From positions 1-64,000 of the forward strand of contig JBCCHT010000029.1 in assembly GCA_039028615.1 (NCBI GenBank): DNA of 64,000 bases, read 5' to 3'. A model generated the notes under the pieces. The model saw only the letters and a list, made by a program, of their open reading frames with translations. It had not been told where the DNA came from and made no database searches. Source of the stretch: Myxococcota bacterium. GTDB taxonomy: Bacteria > Myxococcota_A > Polyangia > Nannocystales > Nannocystaceae. The number at the start of each line of letters is the position of its first letter. Position 1 is the first letter of the stretch. Below, one piece after another: positions 31,358 to 40,250 of this stretch. Made by a program: the position numbers and the translations under genes.

Positions 31358-31867
31358 ATGAAAGTCTCAGTATCCACCCGCATCAACCGACCCATCGACG
31401 ACGTCTGGGCCCTCGTGGCGGACGATTTCACGAGCATCCAGACCTGGAGCGAGTCGGTCATCACCTCCAATCCCCTGGCCGACGCGCCGTCGGTCGACGG
31501 CTCGCCGCTCGGTGGTCGCTACTGCACCTTCACCGACGACCCCGAAGGCTTCGGCGCGCGCGAGCAGATCACCAAGTACGACAAGAAGAACTACCGCCTC
31601 GAGTTCGATGTGGAGCCGGTCAACGCCCCGGGAGCCATCCCGCTGCGCAAAAACCAGGTCACGCTGACGCTGACCAAGCTCGGCCCCACCGAGACCGAGA
31701 TCGAGTGGGTCGCCTCCCCCGAGCTCAAGCCGCACGGCTACCTGATGTACCCGATGCTCAAGGTCGGCCTGGCCAAGTCCTTCCGCGGCATCCTGGCCGA
31801 GCTCAAGACCTACGCCGAGAGCCAGGACGCCAACGCACAGCGCCCGCACCTGGGCGCGGTGGGCTGA
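31358..31867 (+). CDS. SRPBCC/polyketide cyclase-like protein
   Basis: INRPIDDVWALVADDF pattern; divergent from LysR; GGAG RBS. Confidence 0.85.
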   Translation: MKVSVSTRINRPIDDVWALVADDFTSIQTWSESVITSNPLADAPSVDGSPLGGRYCTFTDDPEGFGAREQITKYDKKNYRLEFDVEPVNAPGAIPLRKNQVTLTLTKLGPTETEIEWVASPELKPHGYLMYPMLKVGLAKSFRGILAELKTYAESQDANAQRPHLGAVG

Positions 31868-31891
31868 ACGGGCACCGACGTTGGAAGGGTC

Positions 31892-31936
31892 GGCGAGAGG
31901 CCGCGCGGGGGTACGCGCGACCTCTCGCCTTTTTTT
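31892..31936 (+). terminator. Intrinsic terminator
   Basis: ggcgagagg...cctctcgcc stem followed by T7. Confidence 0.8.
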
Positions 31937-31959
31937 GGCCGCGGGGTCCGGCGCTAGGG

Positions 31960-32931
31960 TCAGTCGAAGGCCTCGGGTGGGCGCTGGGCGACCCGGCGGT
32001 ATTGCCGGGGGGAGACGCCGACTTCACGCCGAAACGCGCGGGAGAAGCCGGCGGGGTCGGTGTAGCCCACGCGTTGGCCGATTTCGCTGAGGTTGAGGGG
32101 GGTCTGGGCGAGCATGCGCTTGGCCTCTTCGATACGGCACAGCTGGATGTAGCGGATCGGCGACTCGCAGGTCTTTTCCGAGAACAGCTGGGCGAACGCG
32201 GCGCGCGACATGCCGACCTTGCTGGCGAGGGTGGCGACCGTCCATGGGGCGTCCAGAGCGGCGTGCACCAGGCCCAACGCACGGCCGATCTGCGGGTGGG
32301 TCACCGCGGCGAGCAACCCCGAGTCGGTGCCGACCCTCTCGAAGTGCAGCCGCAGCACGCCCAAGAAAGCGAGCTCGGCGAGTCGAGACACCATGCCCTC
32401 CGTGCCCAGCCGAGTTTCGCTGGACTCCTGCACGAGGCCATCGATGAACGCCCGGATGCCCGCGGTGGCCTCGTCCGCGCGTACGACCACCACCATCGGG
32501 AGCAGGCCGAGCAGCGGCGCGGCGGAGACTTCCTGAAAACGAAAGGCGCAGCAGGTGATGGCGGTGCGGGGGCCCGTGCCGCCGCGGCGAACCGAGCACC
32601 GCGGGCCGCCCCGTTGGTCGGGGACGTCAATCCGAGGCGCGGCCAGGGCTCGCGCGCTGCTGGTGATCTCGTAGGTGCCCCCGCGCGGCAGCAGGACCAC
32701 GTCTCCGGCCTCCAGCGGGATGGGCTGAGGCTGCTGGGGCGTACGCACGTAGGCCTTGCCGCGGCCGATGACGTGCAGCACGGGGTCGGCCGCCTCGGAG
32801 TTCATCACCCGCCACGGTGCGCCCAGATCCATGGTGGACAACACCACGCCGCGCAGGCCCACCTGGCGGATCAACGCGCTGAGTACGTCGTGGCTGTCTT
32901 GCCAGTCGAAGAGTCGGTCGTCGTCGCTCAT
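31960..32931 (-). CDS. AraC-family regulator with N-terminal cupin domain (RclR-like)
   Basis: DVLSALI, APW, LEAGDVVLLPRG, PWTVATLASKVGMSRAAF, VGYTDPAGFSRAFRREVGVSP. Confidence 0.92.
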   Translation of the reverse strand: MSDDDRLFDWQDSHDVLSALIRQVGLRGVVLSTMDLGAPWRVMNSEAADPVLHVIGRGKAYVRTPQQPQPIPLEAGDVVLLPRGGTYEITSSARALAAPRIDVPDQRGGPRCSVRRGGTGPRTAITCCAFRFQEVSAAPLLGLLPMVVVVRADEATAGIRAFIDGLVQESSETRLGTEGMVSRLAELAFLGVLRLHFERVGTDSGLLAAVTHPQIGRALGLVHAALDAPWTVATLASKVGMSRAAFAQLFSEKTCESPIRYIQLCRIEEAKRMLAQTPLNLSEIGQRVGYTDPAGFSRAFRREVGVSPRQYRRVAQRPPEAFD

Positions 32932-32946
32932 CCGTCGCTGCCTCGC

Positions 32947-33522
32947 TCAGAATCGAAACAGGGGGCCCGTGCTGAGCTCGATTTCATGCTGCCAGCCGTG
33001 AGGCTCGGGCAAGGCAGTGTAGTCGACTTCCGCCAGCACCCCAACGCGAGGGTGCAGCCACAGGTAGCTGCCCGCCGTGCCCAGGGCACCCACCGCGAAG
33101 AAGTCGTCCTCCCCCACCCCGAAGGTGAAGGCCGCCCCCGCCCCCACGTAAGGGTCGAACACGTGGCTGACGTGGAAGGGCTTTTTGAACAACACGTCGA
33201 GCGGGACATGGGCGGAGCGTCGCTCGTCGGTGATCAGCACGTTGGCGGACAGCTCCAGCTCGAGCCAGCCTCGCACCAGCGTTCGCTCGTAGAACAGCCC
33301 CACGCCGCCCTGTCCTTCGACGTGCGAGGGCTCGCCGTGCTCGACCGCCACCACCCCGATCGCCTTCAAGCCGACGAGGTTGTGCCAATGGAGCGGGCAC
33401 CCGACGTCGTGTTCGGCATGGGCGACATCGTGAAGCTCGGGCTCCGAGCGCGGCTCGGCTGCGGCGGGACCGGCGAGCACGGCCCACAGGGGCATCACGA
33501 ACGGAGAGGAGGACACTGGCAT
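32947..33522 (-). CDS. Small outer-membrane beta-barrel protein
   Basis: Signal peptide, alternating beta strands, PYVGAG, terminal FRF. Confidence 0.7.
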   Translation of the reverse strand: MPVSSSPFVMPLWAVLAGPAAAEPRSEPELHDVAHAEHDVGCPLHWHNLVGLKAIGVVAVEHGEPSHVEGQGGVGLFYERTLVRGWLELELSANVLITDERRSAHVPLDVLFKKPFHVSHVFDPYVGAGAAFTFGVGEDDFFAVGALGTAGSYLWLHPRVGVLAEVDYTALPEPHGWQHEIELSTGPLFRF

Positions 33523-33597
33523 GAAGTCGCGTCGCCTGAGGTCAAAGGGCGCGGGCCGACGGCGAGCAGAGACCTCGCCGCCGACCCGTGCTCCGGT

Positions 33598-35310
33598 CTA
33601 TTGCAAGGGCCAACCCGAGAGGATCAGGTCCTTGCTCCCCACCGAATGGCAGCCGATACAGCCGGGAATCCCGTTGCCCGCGGCCGGTAGCGCCCCGGGG
33701 TCCGTGGGGCTGGTTACCTCGTACCAAAACCAGTTCTTGCCGCCCTGTGATTGGGCACCGGTCTTGGCCATGACCGCCCACCCGGTCAGCGTGCCGTCGC
33801 CACCGAACATCTCCTTGACCGCGATCGAGTCCTTGGGATGCTCGGTGTTGCCCGCTTCGAGCGACGTGGCGAGCGTCTCGTTGTAGAACACGCGCACGGG
33901 GACCGAGGGCGTGGTGTGAGGGCCTCGCCCGGGATGTGTGCCCGCCTGCTTGGCCGACCACTCGGCGTAGGGCTTGCCCGTCAGCCACGCGTGCAGATCG
34001 TTGCGGTGCAGGGGCATGTCTCCCGCCGCCTTCGGGTGACCGACGGTGGGCTGCCACTGGTTGTCGGTGCTGAGCGGCTTGCCCTTGGCCTGGCCCATCG
34101 CGTCGCGCAGCACGGGGTAGTACTGCGTGAACACGAAATCGTGCTCGGCCGAGCCCTGGTGGCAGGCGTTGCACGCCGAGGTCGGGAACGCCTTGGCCTC
34201 CGATTTGACCGCGCCGCCGCCCGGGTTGGTGAAGCTGAAGTAGGCCCAGTTGCCCGGCTCGTCGGGGAAGTGCTCGGCGCTCTTGATCGTCGCCTCGAGC
34301 CCGATGAACTCGCCCATGAAGTAGCCGTTGCCCGAGACCGCCGCCTTGGATCCGACCTCGACCAACTCCTTGATGAGGATGGTGCCGTCACGGAACTCGC
34401 CGGTCCGCTCGAGGTGATCGTAGCTGGCCGGATCGATGTACACGCTGTGGAACTCGGGGAACGGCGCCTTGCCCCCGTTGCGATCGTTGGGCGTGAGCGG
34501 CTCGCCGACGAACACCCACTCGCGATAGCCCCGGGGGCGCTGTAAGACGCCGCCCTCGATGGTGAAGGGCTCGCTGCCCTCGGCCCGTTCCTCGGTCGCC
34601 GCCCCTCGCAGCACGGGGTAGTACTGCGTGAACACGAAGTCCTGGGCCGCGCTGTTGGCATGGCACGAGTTGCAGTCCTTGGTGGGAAAGGGCTTGGCCG
34701 TCTTGCTCAAGCCGCCGCCGCTGGGGTTGGTGAAGCTGTAGTAGCCCCAGTTGCCGGGCTCGTCGGGGAAGTGCTCGGCGCTCTTGATGGTGGCTTCCAG
34801 GCCGATGTAGTCGCCCATGAAAAAGCCCTTGCCCGAGGCGGCCGAGGTGGCCCCGACCGCGTGCAGTTCCTTGACGAGGATGGTGCCGTCGGGGAACGAG
34901 CCCGTGGTGCGGTAGGCCTCGTAGCTGTCGGGGTCGATGTAGACGCTGTGGAACTCCGGGAACGGAGCCTTGCCGTCGTTCATCTCGTTGGGGGTGACGG
35001 GCTCGCCGACGAAGACCCACTTGCGGTAGCCCTCGGGGCGCGTGAGCGTCCCCCCCTGCCCGATCTCGAAGGCGGGGGCGGGCTTGGCCGGGTCCGCCTG
35101 GGCGGCTGGAGCCGCGCCGTCACCCGGAGAGCTGGTGCCGTTGCCGTCGACCCCGTTGCAGGCCCCGAGCCCCGAAACTGCCAGTAGGCCGAGCAGCCAG
35201 GGCCCTCGCGGGGTGAGCGTGCTCCACCGACGGGCGGCCACCGTGTGGGCGGAGCGGGTGTTCCGTGGACCTGTCCGCCGTGGCGTCGAAATGCGCTTGT
35301 CTGTGTCCAT
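33598..35310 (-). CDS. Lipoprotein with three tandem cytochrome P460-family domains
   Basis: GLGAC lipobox; two copies of YRxWVFVG..GKAPF..DGT..KEL..GLEA..EPGNW..CxxCH..DFVFTQYYP; third divergent domain ending CIGCH. Confidence 0.9.
   Translation of the reverse strand: MDTDKRISTPRRTGPRNTRSAHTVAARRWSTLTPRGPWLLGLLAVSGLGACNGVDGNGTSSPGDGAAPAAQADPAKPAPAFEIGQGGTLTRPEGYRKWVFVGEPVTPNEMNDGKAPFPEFHSVYIDPDSYEAYRTTGSFPDGTILVKELHAVGATSAASGKGFFMGDYIGLEATIKSAEHFPDEPGNWGYYSFTNPSGGGLSKTAKPFPTKDCNSCHANSAAQDFVFTQYYPVLRGAATEERAEGSEPFTIEGGVLQRPRGYREWVFVGEPLTPNDRNGGKAPFPEFHSVYIDPASYDHLERTGEFRDGTILIKELVEVGSKAAVSGNGYFMGEFIGLEATIKSAEHFPDEPGNWAYFSFTNPGGGAVKSEAKAFPTSACNACHQGSAEHDFVFTQYYPVLRDAMGQAKGKPLSTDNQWQPTVGHPKAAGDMPLHRNDLHAWLTGKPYAEWSAKQAGTHPGRGPHTTPSVPVRVFYNETLATSLEAGNTEHPKDSIAVKEMFGGDGTLTGWAVMAKTGAQSQGGKNWFWYEVTSPTDPGALPAAGNGIPGCIGCHSVGSKDLILSGWPLQ
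34105..35050 (-). repeat. Internal duplication with 501-bp period encoding P460 domains 1 and 2
   Basis: cacggggtagtactgcgtgaacacgaa at 34111 and 34612; boundaries approximate. Confidence 0.85.
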
Positions 35311-35468
35311 TCGTTTGATCCTCCCGGCGCGCCGCTCGAGCCCCGCGACGCTCACTCACTGGCACATTGACGAGTGCCGACGAGGGAGGCGAAGCGAGGT
35401 CGAGCCGCGATCGCGTATTCGTCCAATAGCACGCCGAAGTGGCGCTTCCGGGGGGTCGACTGCACCGA

Positions 35469-35495
35469 TGGACGATCGGCACAGCATTTCGGACG
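35469..35495 (+). promoter_or_regulatory. Putative operator, copy A (TGGACGATCGGCACAGCATTTCGGACG)
   Basis: 24/27 identical to the reverse complement of 36691-36717; GGACG direct repeat at 21-bp spacing. Confidence 0.6.
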
Positions 35496-35532
35496 ACCGA
35501 TTTGCATCGGCCGTCCCGGTCATCGAGAGGGA

Positions 35533-35985
35533 CTACTGCTCGTCTTCGAAGGCGCTCGAAAATTGACCGTAGCCTTCGGCCTCGAGATCTTCGGCCGCCA
35601 CGAAGCGTAGAGAGGCCGAATTGATGCAGTAGCGCATGCCCGTCTCGTCTCGTGGCCCGTCGGGGAAGACGTGGCCGAGGTGGCTGTCGCCGTGGGTCGA
35701 ACGAACCTCGGTGCGGACCATGCCGTGGGTCGAGTCGCGGAGCTCCTGGACATTCGATCCGTCGCCGATGGGGCGAGTGAAGCTCGGCCAGCCCGAGCCG
35801 GAGTCGTACTTGTCCTTCGACGAAAACAGCGGCTCGCCGGAGACCACGTCGACATAGATGCCGGCTTCCTTGTGGTCCCAGTACTCGTTGGCGAAGGCGC
35901 GCTCGGTCCCGTTGTGCTGGGTGATGCGGCGTTGCTCGGCGGTCAGGTTCTGGACCGCCTCATCGGTCTTCTCGTAGTCGCTCAT
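35533..35985 (-). CDS. msrB: Methionine-R-sulfoxide reductase, non-zinc type
   Basis: [34 protein letters not shown]. Confidence 0.96.
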   Translation of the reverse strand: MSDYEKTDEAVQNLTAEQRRITQHNGTERAFANEYWDHKEAGIYVDVVSGEPLFSSKDKYDSGSGWPSFTRPIGDGSNVQELRDSTHGMVRTEVRSTHGDSHLGHVFPDGPRDETGMRYCINSASLRFVAAEDLEAEGYGQFSSAFEDEQ

Positions 35986-36013
35986 GATGTCGTTCCTCGT
36001 GAAGTCGTTCGCG

Positions 36014-36646
36014 TTAGCCCAGGCCGAGACTCCGCAAGGAGCCCTTGCCGGCCAGGTTCACGCCCAGTTGGTCGAGCTCGCGCTCGAGGGATTGCGGGGC
36101 CCAGTGGCCAGCCGCGTAGGCATTGAGTTTGGCGGCCGCGGTCGAGGCTAGCAGCTCGGGCTCCGAGTCGAAGTTCGCTAGCAGCGCCTCGAACAGCGCC
36201 GGGTTCCGCCGTAGTCGCCACTTTTGGTGATAGGCCTCGGCCGGGTGGAACCGAGCGCCCACCACGATGGCGGTGGCCACGGGGCGCCCGTGGTCCTCAC
36301 TCAGGCGGTCGGCAACGGCCTGAGCGGCGTGGCGCTGCCCTTCGTCGGCGCAGAAAAGCTCCGCTCGGTACTGGGAGCGCGACGACGAAAACGGGTCGTG
36401 GCTGCCCCAAAACCGCTCGAGCAGGTCTTCGTAGGCCAGCACGGCGGGGTCGAAGGTGAGCTGGACCGCTTCGGCGTGGTCACCGATGGTGCGGTAGGTC
36501 GGCGCGGGGGTCGTGCCCCCGGCGTAGCCGACCTCGGTATGGAGTACTCCGCGAAGACCCCCGAACCGGGAGTCGGGCCCCCAAAATCACCCCAGGGCGA
36601 AGGTGAAGTGCTCGGTGGGCGCGGCGGAGAGGATGGGCTCGGACAT
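36014..36646 (-). CDS. msrA: Methionine-S-sulfoxide reductase, probable selenoprotein (UGA at codon 20)
   Basis: FALG-[TGA 36589-36587]-[39 protein letters not shown] all in one frame; 210 aa with readthrough. Confidence 0.88.
36556..36574 (-). promoter_or_regulatory. Putative bacterial SECIS hairpin
   Basis: GACUCCCG-GUU-CGGGGGUC, starting 12 nt after the in-frame UGA, G in apical loop. Confidence 0.65.
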
Positions 36647-36690
36647 GGTCCCAAGCTTGCGCATGGATCCCCGCCGCGAAAGAGGGCACG

Positions 36691-36717
36691 CGTCCAAGAT
36701 TCTGTGCCGATCGTCCA
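36691..36717 (-). promoter_or_regulatory. Putative operator, copy B (TGGACGATCGGCACAGAATCTTGGACG)
   Basis: About 45 bp upstream of the msrA ATG; near-identical to copy A. Confidence 0.6.
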
Positions 36718-36812
36718 ACGCCCGAATCGGGGGTTCGGGGGGCACCGATGGCCGAAAATGGAGCGTCCGAGGCCCTGCAGAGCCCCGGACGCCGTTCTGT
36801 TGGGGCGGAGCC

Positions 36813-37595
36813 TCAGCCCGCCGCGACGTGCAGGTCGTAGTTCGCCAGCCCGCGATTGTCCGGGCTGACCATGTTGTCTGGGTTGAACCAGGGATCACCC
36901 TCGTTGAACGGGTCCCCCTCGAAGTAAAGCTGCGTGTTGAGCAGCTCCGTGCCGCGGACCCACACCTTCATGTGCAGGTGCGCGGGGCGATACTCGGCCC
37001 CGTTGAGATACCAGCCGGGCATCAGCGTGGTGAAGCTGTACTCGCCGCGCTCGTTGGTCGCGACCTGCCCGTAGTACCGGTAGTCCGCGGTGTCGTCGTA
37101 GGTCCCGTCGAGGTCGCCCGGTTTCGACCCGGGAGGCCGCGGGCTCGCCTGCCACAGCTCGACGACCGCATTGGCGACGGGGGTGCAGGCCTCGTTGAGC
37201 ACCCTGCCCTGCAGCACCAGCGGGTCGCCCGGATCATCGTACAAGTCGAGGTTGTCGCGGATGGGAATGTCCGGCCGATAAAACGGCCCTTCGATGTCTG
37301 GATCGGTCGCCTCGCAGACCGGGCTGCCGGTCTCGCCGGAGTCCGTACCTGGACCTACACCCGTGCTGTCGTCCGCCGCGTCGGTCGAGCCACCGCTGCC
37401 GCTGCCCTCCGCGCCGGTCGATCCGGGGGTGCCGGTCGATCCCGAGTCGTCCGCGGCGGTCGGAGCGGCGCTGGTCGAGCCATCGCCGCTGCCGCTGGGC
37501 TCGGTCGAATCGTCGCCACAGCCGGTCGCGATGACCACGGCGGTGCAGGTGGAGTTGAGCACAAACGTACGACGATTGATGTTCAGCGGGGGCAT
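36813..37595 (-). CDS. Exported intradiol ring-cleavage dioxygenase-like protein
   Basis: NRRTFV Tat-like motif, ATGC, DIEGPFY, VELWQA, PGWY, RPAHLH, TQLYF. Confidence 0.88.
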   Translation of the reverse strand: MPPLNINRRTFVLNSTCTAVVIATGCGDDSTEPSGSGDGSTSAAPTAADDSGSTGTPGSTGAEGSGSGGSTDAADDSTGVGPGTDSGETGSPVCEATDPDIEGPFYRPDIPIRDNLDLYDDPGDPLVLQGRVLNEACTPVANAVVELWQASPRPPGSKPGDLDGTYDDTADYRYYGQVATNERGEYSFTTLMPGWYLNGAEYRPAHLHMKVWVRGTELLNTQLYFEGDPFNEGDPWFNPDNMVSPDNRGLANYDLHVAAG

Positions 37596-37817
37596 GGGGC
37601 GCCTCGAGTCAAAGCCACGTCACCCAGTCTAGACCGCGTTCGTCGGGGTCGCCGCCTCTGCCGTCTTCGGATCTTCCGAACGCGATCGTGCGGCATAGGC
37701 AAACCATGTGCGTTCTGTGAAATGCGGCGAACACCGTAGTGCTACCCCATAGGGCAATTCTCAGGGCAAAATGGGTCGACTCGTGGCGCCCACCCTCGGG
37801 TCGAGTGGCCTGCGGAT

Positions 37818-38555
37818 ATGACCGATCCCAAGACTGACCCCCTACTCCAGCGATGGTACTCGGGCGGCGCCCCCATCATCATTCAGGTGGCGTTCAAGTA
37901 CGGCTATGGCCCGGCCATCGTCGAGTTGAATCAAAAGGTCTACTTCAACGAAAACCTGTCGTTTTCACGCGCGCTGATGGAGGCGGTGCAGTGCGTGTGC
38001 CTCAGCGCCTGCGAAAACCAGTACTGCGCCATCATGCACGCACGCGGGCTGATGACGCACGGGTTCTCGCTCGAGGAGGTCAAGAACCTGGCCATGCACC
38101 AGACCTTGCCCGAGTCGTTCGAGGACAAGTCCAAGTGGGAGCACACGCTGCGCCGGGTCGCCACCATCTTCCGCGAGGCACAGTCGTCGGCACACTTGTA
38201 CAAGACACTGGCCGAGTTTCATTCGCCCGAAGTCATCGAAGAGATCGGCGGCATCATTGCGTTCTCGCTGTTGCACAAATTCTTGCTCGAGCTGTACTCC
38301 GACGAGATTCAGATCGAGGACGAGCCGAGTCTATTTGCCACCGTCGATCAGCCGCGCGAGCTCATCTCGTTCTTCATGACCGAGGGCGACCGCGAGCGCG
38401 TCCCCACGCTGACGCTGTGCACCCTGTGCAAGGACGTCAAGTCCTCCCAGGGGTGGGTCCCCATCGAGTCAGCGCTGAACGACATCCCCGCCGACGCCAC
38501 CTTCTCGCACGGGCTGTGTGAACGCTGCTACGACCGCTGGCTCTCGCTCGAGTGA
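37818..38555 (+). CDS. AhpD/CMD-like domain fused to C-terminal CxxC...SHGxCxxC domain
   Basis: EAVQCVCLSACENQYCAIMH; CTLCKDV...GW...FSHGLCERC. Confidence 0.75.
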   Translation: MTDPKTDPLLQRWYSGGAPIIIQVAFKYGYGPAIVELNQKVYFNENLSFSRALMEAVQCVCLSACENQYCAIMHARGLMTHGFSLEEVKNLAMHQTLPESFEDKSKWEHTLRRVATIFREAQSSAHLYKTLAEFHSPEVIEEIGGIIAFSLLHKFLLELYSDEIQIEDEPSLFATVDQPRELISFFMTEGDRERVPTLTLCTLCKDVKSSQGWVPIESALNDIPADATFSHGLCERCYDRWLSLE

Positions 38556-38564
38556 ACACCACCG

Positions 38565-38590
38565 CGCCCGGGAGGACGGCCTCCCGGGCG
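38565..38590. terminator. Hairpin between convergent genes
   Basis: cgcccgggagg-acgg-cctcccgggcg perfect 11-bp stem. Confidence 0.6.
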
Positions 38591-38614
38591 AACGGACGCG
38601 ACCGGCGGTGTCGC

Positions 38615-40099
38615 TCAGTGAGCGCCGTTGGGGCGGGTATAGGGCACGGTGCCCCCCGCGAGGATGCGACGAACCTCGCAGATGCGCCGCCAGGGCTCGT
38701 TGTACTGGAACATCAGCCCCGTGCTGCTGTCGGGATCGGGCACGTTCTGAATGACCGCGGGGTTACCCGAGCCGGGGAATGCGGGTAGCGGCGAGACCCC
38801 GAGGAAGGGCGAGAGGGTCGAGGCGACCCCGGCCGGCCGCACCTTCACGTGGGTGAAGTTGGTGTTGGTCTCGTCGGTATGACAGCCGCTGCAGGTCGCA
38901 AAGCCGAACAGGTGACGCGTCTCGGGCAGGATGCCGACTGCGCCCGTCTCGTTCCACAGCATCGGGGCCGAGACCTCGCCGCCGAGGAATGTCGTGGGCA
39001 GCGAGTGGGACAGGTTGAGGATGGCGGGCTCCTGCGCGGACAGGTAGCCATCCAGCGGCACCGAGGTGTTGAGCGCGTCGATGGGCGTGAGGTGGGTGGT
39101 ATGCGGATCGAGAGCGAACGCATTGGGCCCCCGCCCCACGTCCTGCAGCGTGTACTCGCGTAGCTTCCAGATCGGGCTGCCGAAGTCGAGGTCGACGTCG
39201 TTGGTGCGGACCTGGCCGATCGACGAGCCTCCGTTGGGGTTGCCTGGCTCGGCCCCTGGCATGGTGATGTCGTCGGTGATCCGCTGCAGGTGGTTGCGGT
39301 ACGGGCCCGAGCCTCGCGGCCACAGGCGTAGGTCGTGCAGCCGATTGGTCCACGCGGTGATGGGCAGCGCGCTGGGCAGCTTGTACTCGAAGATGAACGT
39401 AGCCTCGAGCGGTGGTTCGGTGGCCACGTTCTTGTCGACGGCCCCGAAGATGAAGCGGAACTCGCCCGGCTCGCTCGTGCTGGCGTCGTGCATGTCCACG
39501 CGGTTGACCATGGCGAGCAGTCGGAACGGCGCTTGGGTCATGTCCAGGGTGCAGGCCCCGGCCCCGAGCAAGGGGTCCCCCGCCGCGCAGCCGCTGGCGA
39601 CCATCCAGGGGTCGATGATGCGGGCGCGGGTGGCCGGCCTCGCGGGCATCGGCACGCCGTTGACGACCTGATTGGTCTCGAAGGTATCGAGCCACTCGGC
39701 CACGAATAGCGGCGTCGGCACGGTGCCCGACATGCGGTTCATGAGCTCGGCGAAGGTCCACACGCCCACCGTGCCCGGGGCACAGGCGCCGGCCGGCGTC
39801 AGCGTGGTCCGGCAGGGGTCCTCGACCACCAGCAGGTCCGTGATCAGCATCTCGCTGGCGAAATTCACGGGAACGGGCGGCATCAGGGCCGGGTCGCAGA
39901 AGGTCACGACGTCGAAGGGCTCGTCGTCGGAGGCCAGCGTGTCGGGCCCCGATGGAGGCGTGGGCTCGGCCTCCGGCTCGTCGAGGGCGTCGTCATCGTC
40001 GATCCCGTCCCGCTCGAGCGTGGCATCGGGGTCGGCGACACAGCCGAGGGTCAGGGCGAGCAGCGGTACGAAACCACTGGTGAGGGCGTGTTTGAACAT
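38615..40099 (-). CDS. Lipoprotein of unknown function with one CxxCH
   Basis: LTLGC lipobox; APFRLLAMVNR, QVRTND, TCSGCH. Confidence 0.8.
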   Translation of the reverse strand: MFKHALTSGFVPLLALTLGCVADPDATLERDGIDDDDALDEPEAEPTPPSGPDTLASDDEPFDVVTFCDPALMPPVPVNFASEMLITDLLVVEDPCRTTLTPAGACAPGTVGVWTFAELMNRMSGTVPTPLFVAEWLDTFETNQVVNGVPMPARPATRARIIDPWMVASGCAAGDPLLGAGACTLDMTQAPFRLLAMVNRVDMHDASTSEPGEFRFIFGAVDKNVATEPPLEATFIFEYKLPSALPITAWTNRLHDLRLWPRGSGPYRNHLQRITDDITMPGAEPGNPNGGSSIGQVRTNDVDLDFGSPIWKLREYTLQDVGRGPNAFALDPHTTHLTPIDALNTSVPLDGYLSAQEPAILNLSHSLPTTFLGGEVSAPMLWNETGAVGILPETRHLFGFATCSGCHTDETNTNFTHVKVRPAGVASTLSPFLGVSPLPAFPGSGNPAVIQNVPDPDSSTGLMFQYNEPWRRICEVRRILAGGTVPYTRPNGAH

Positions 40100-40250
40100 G
40101 GTGATCGGTGCTCCCGCCCGACGTCCGGCGCCGGGCCGTGGTGGAAGAGCCACCAGGCGCGCTTCGGATCACCAAACCATCACTTCAAATCTCTGTTTTT
40201 TCTCGCGCGAGCCGGGCCACCCTGCTCGGCTCGCGAACCGACTCTACGCC

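Noticed and set aside
31159..33690. 843-aa plus-strand ORF and similar long ORFs (e.g. 17140-19059, 2693-4597, 5356-7257, 11435-12964)
   Set aside because: Shadow or alternate-frame ORFs typical of high-GC DNA, overlapping well-supported genes and lacking motifs
36587..36589. msrA as a nonsense pseudogene
   Set aside because: The only stop is TGA exactly at the catalytic Cys codon, followed by a hairpin, with the rest intact; recoding fits better, pending a check for sel genes
35469..36717. Inverted repeats as transposon ends
   Set aside because: No target-site duplication, no transposase or recombinase nearby; internal direct-repeat structure fits an operator better
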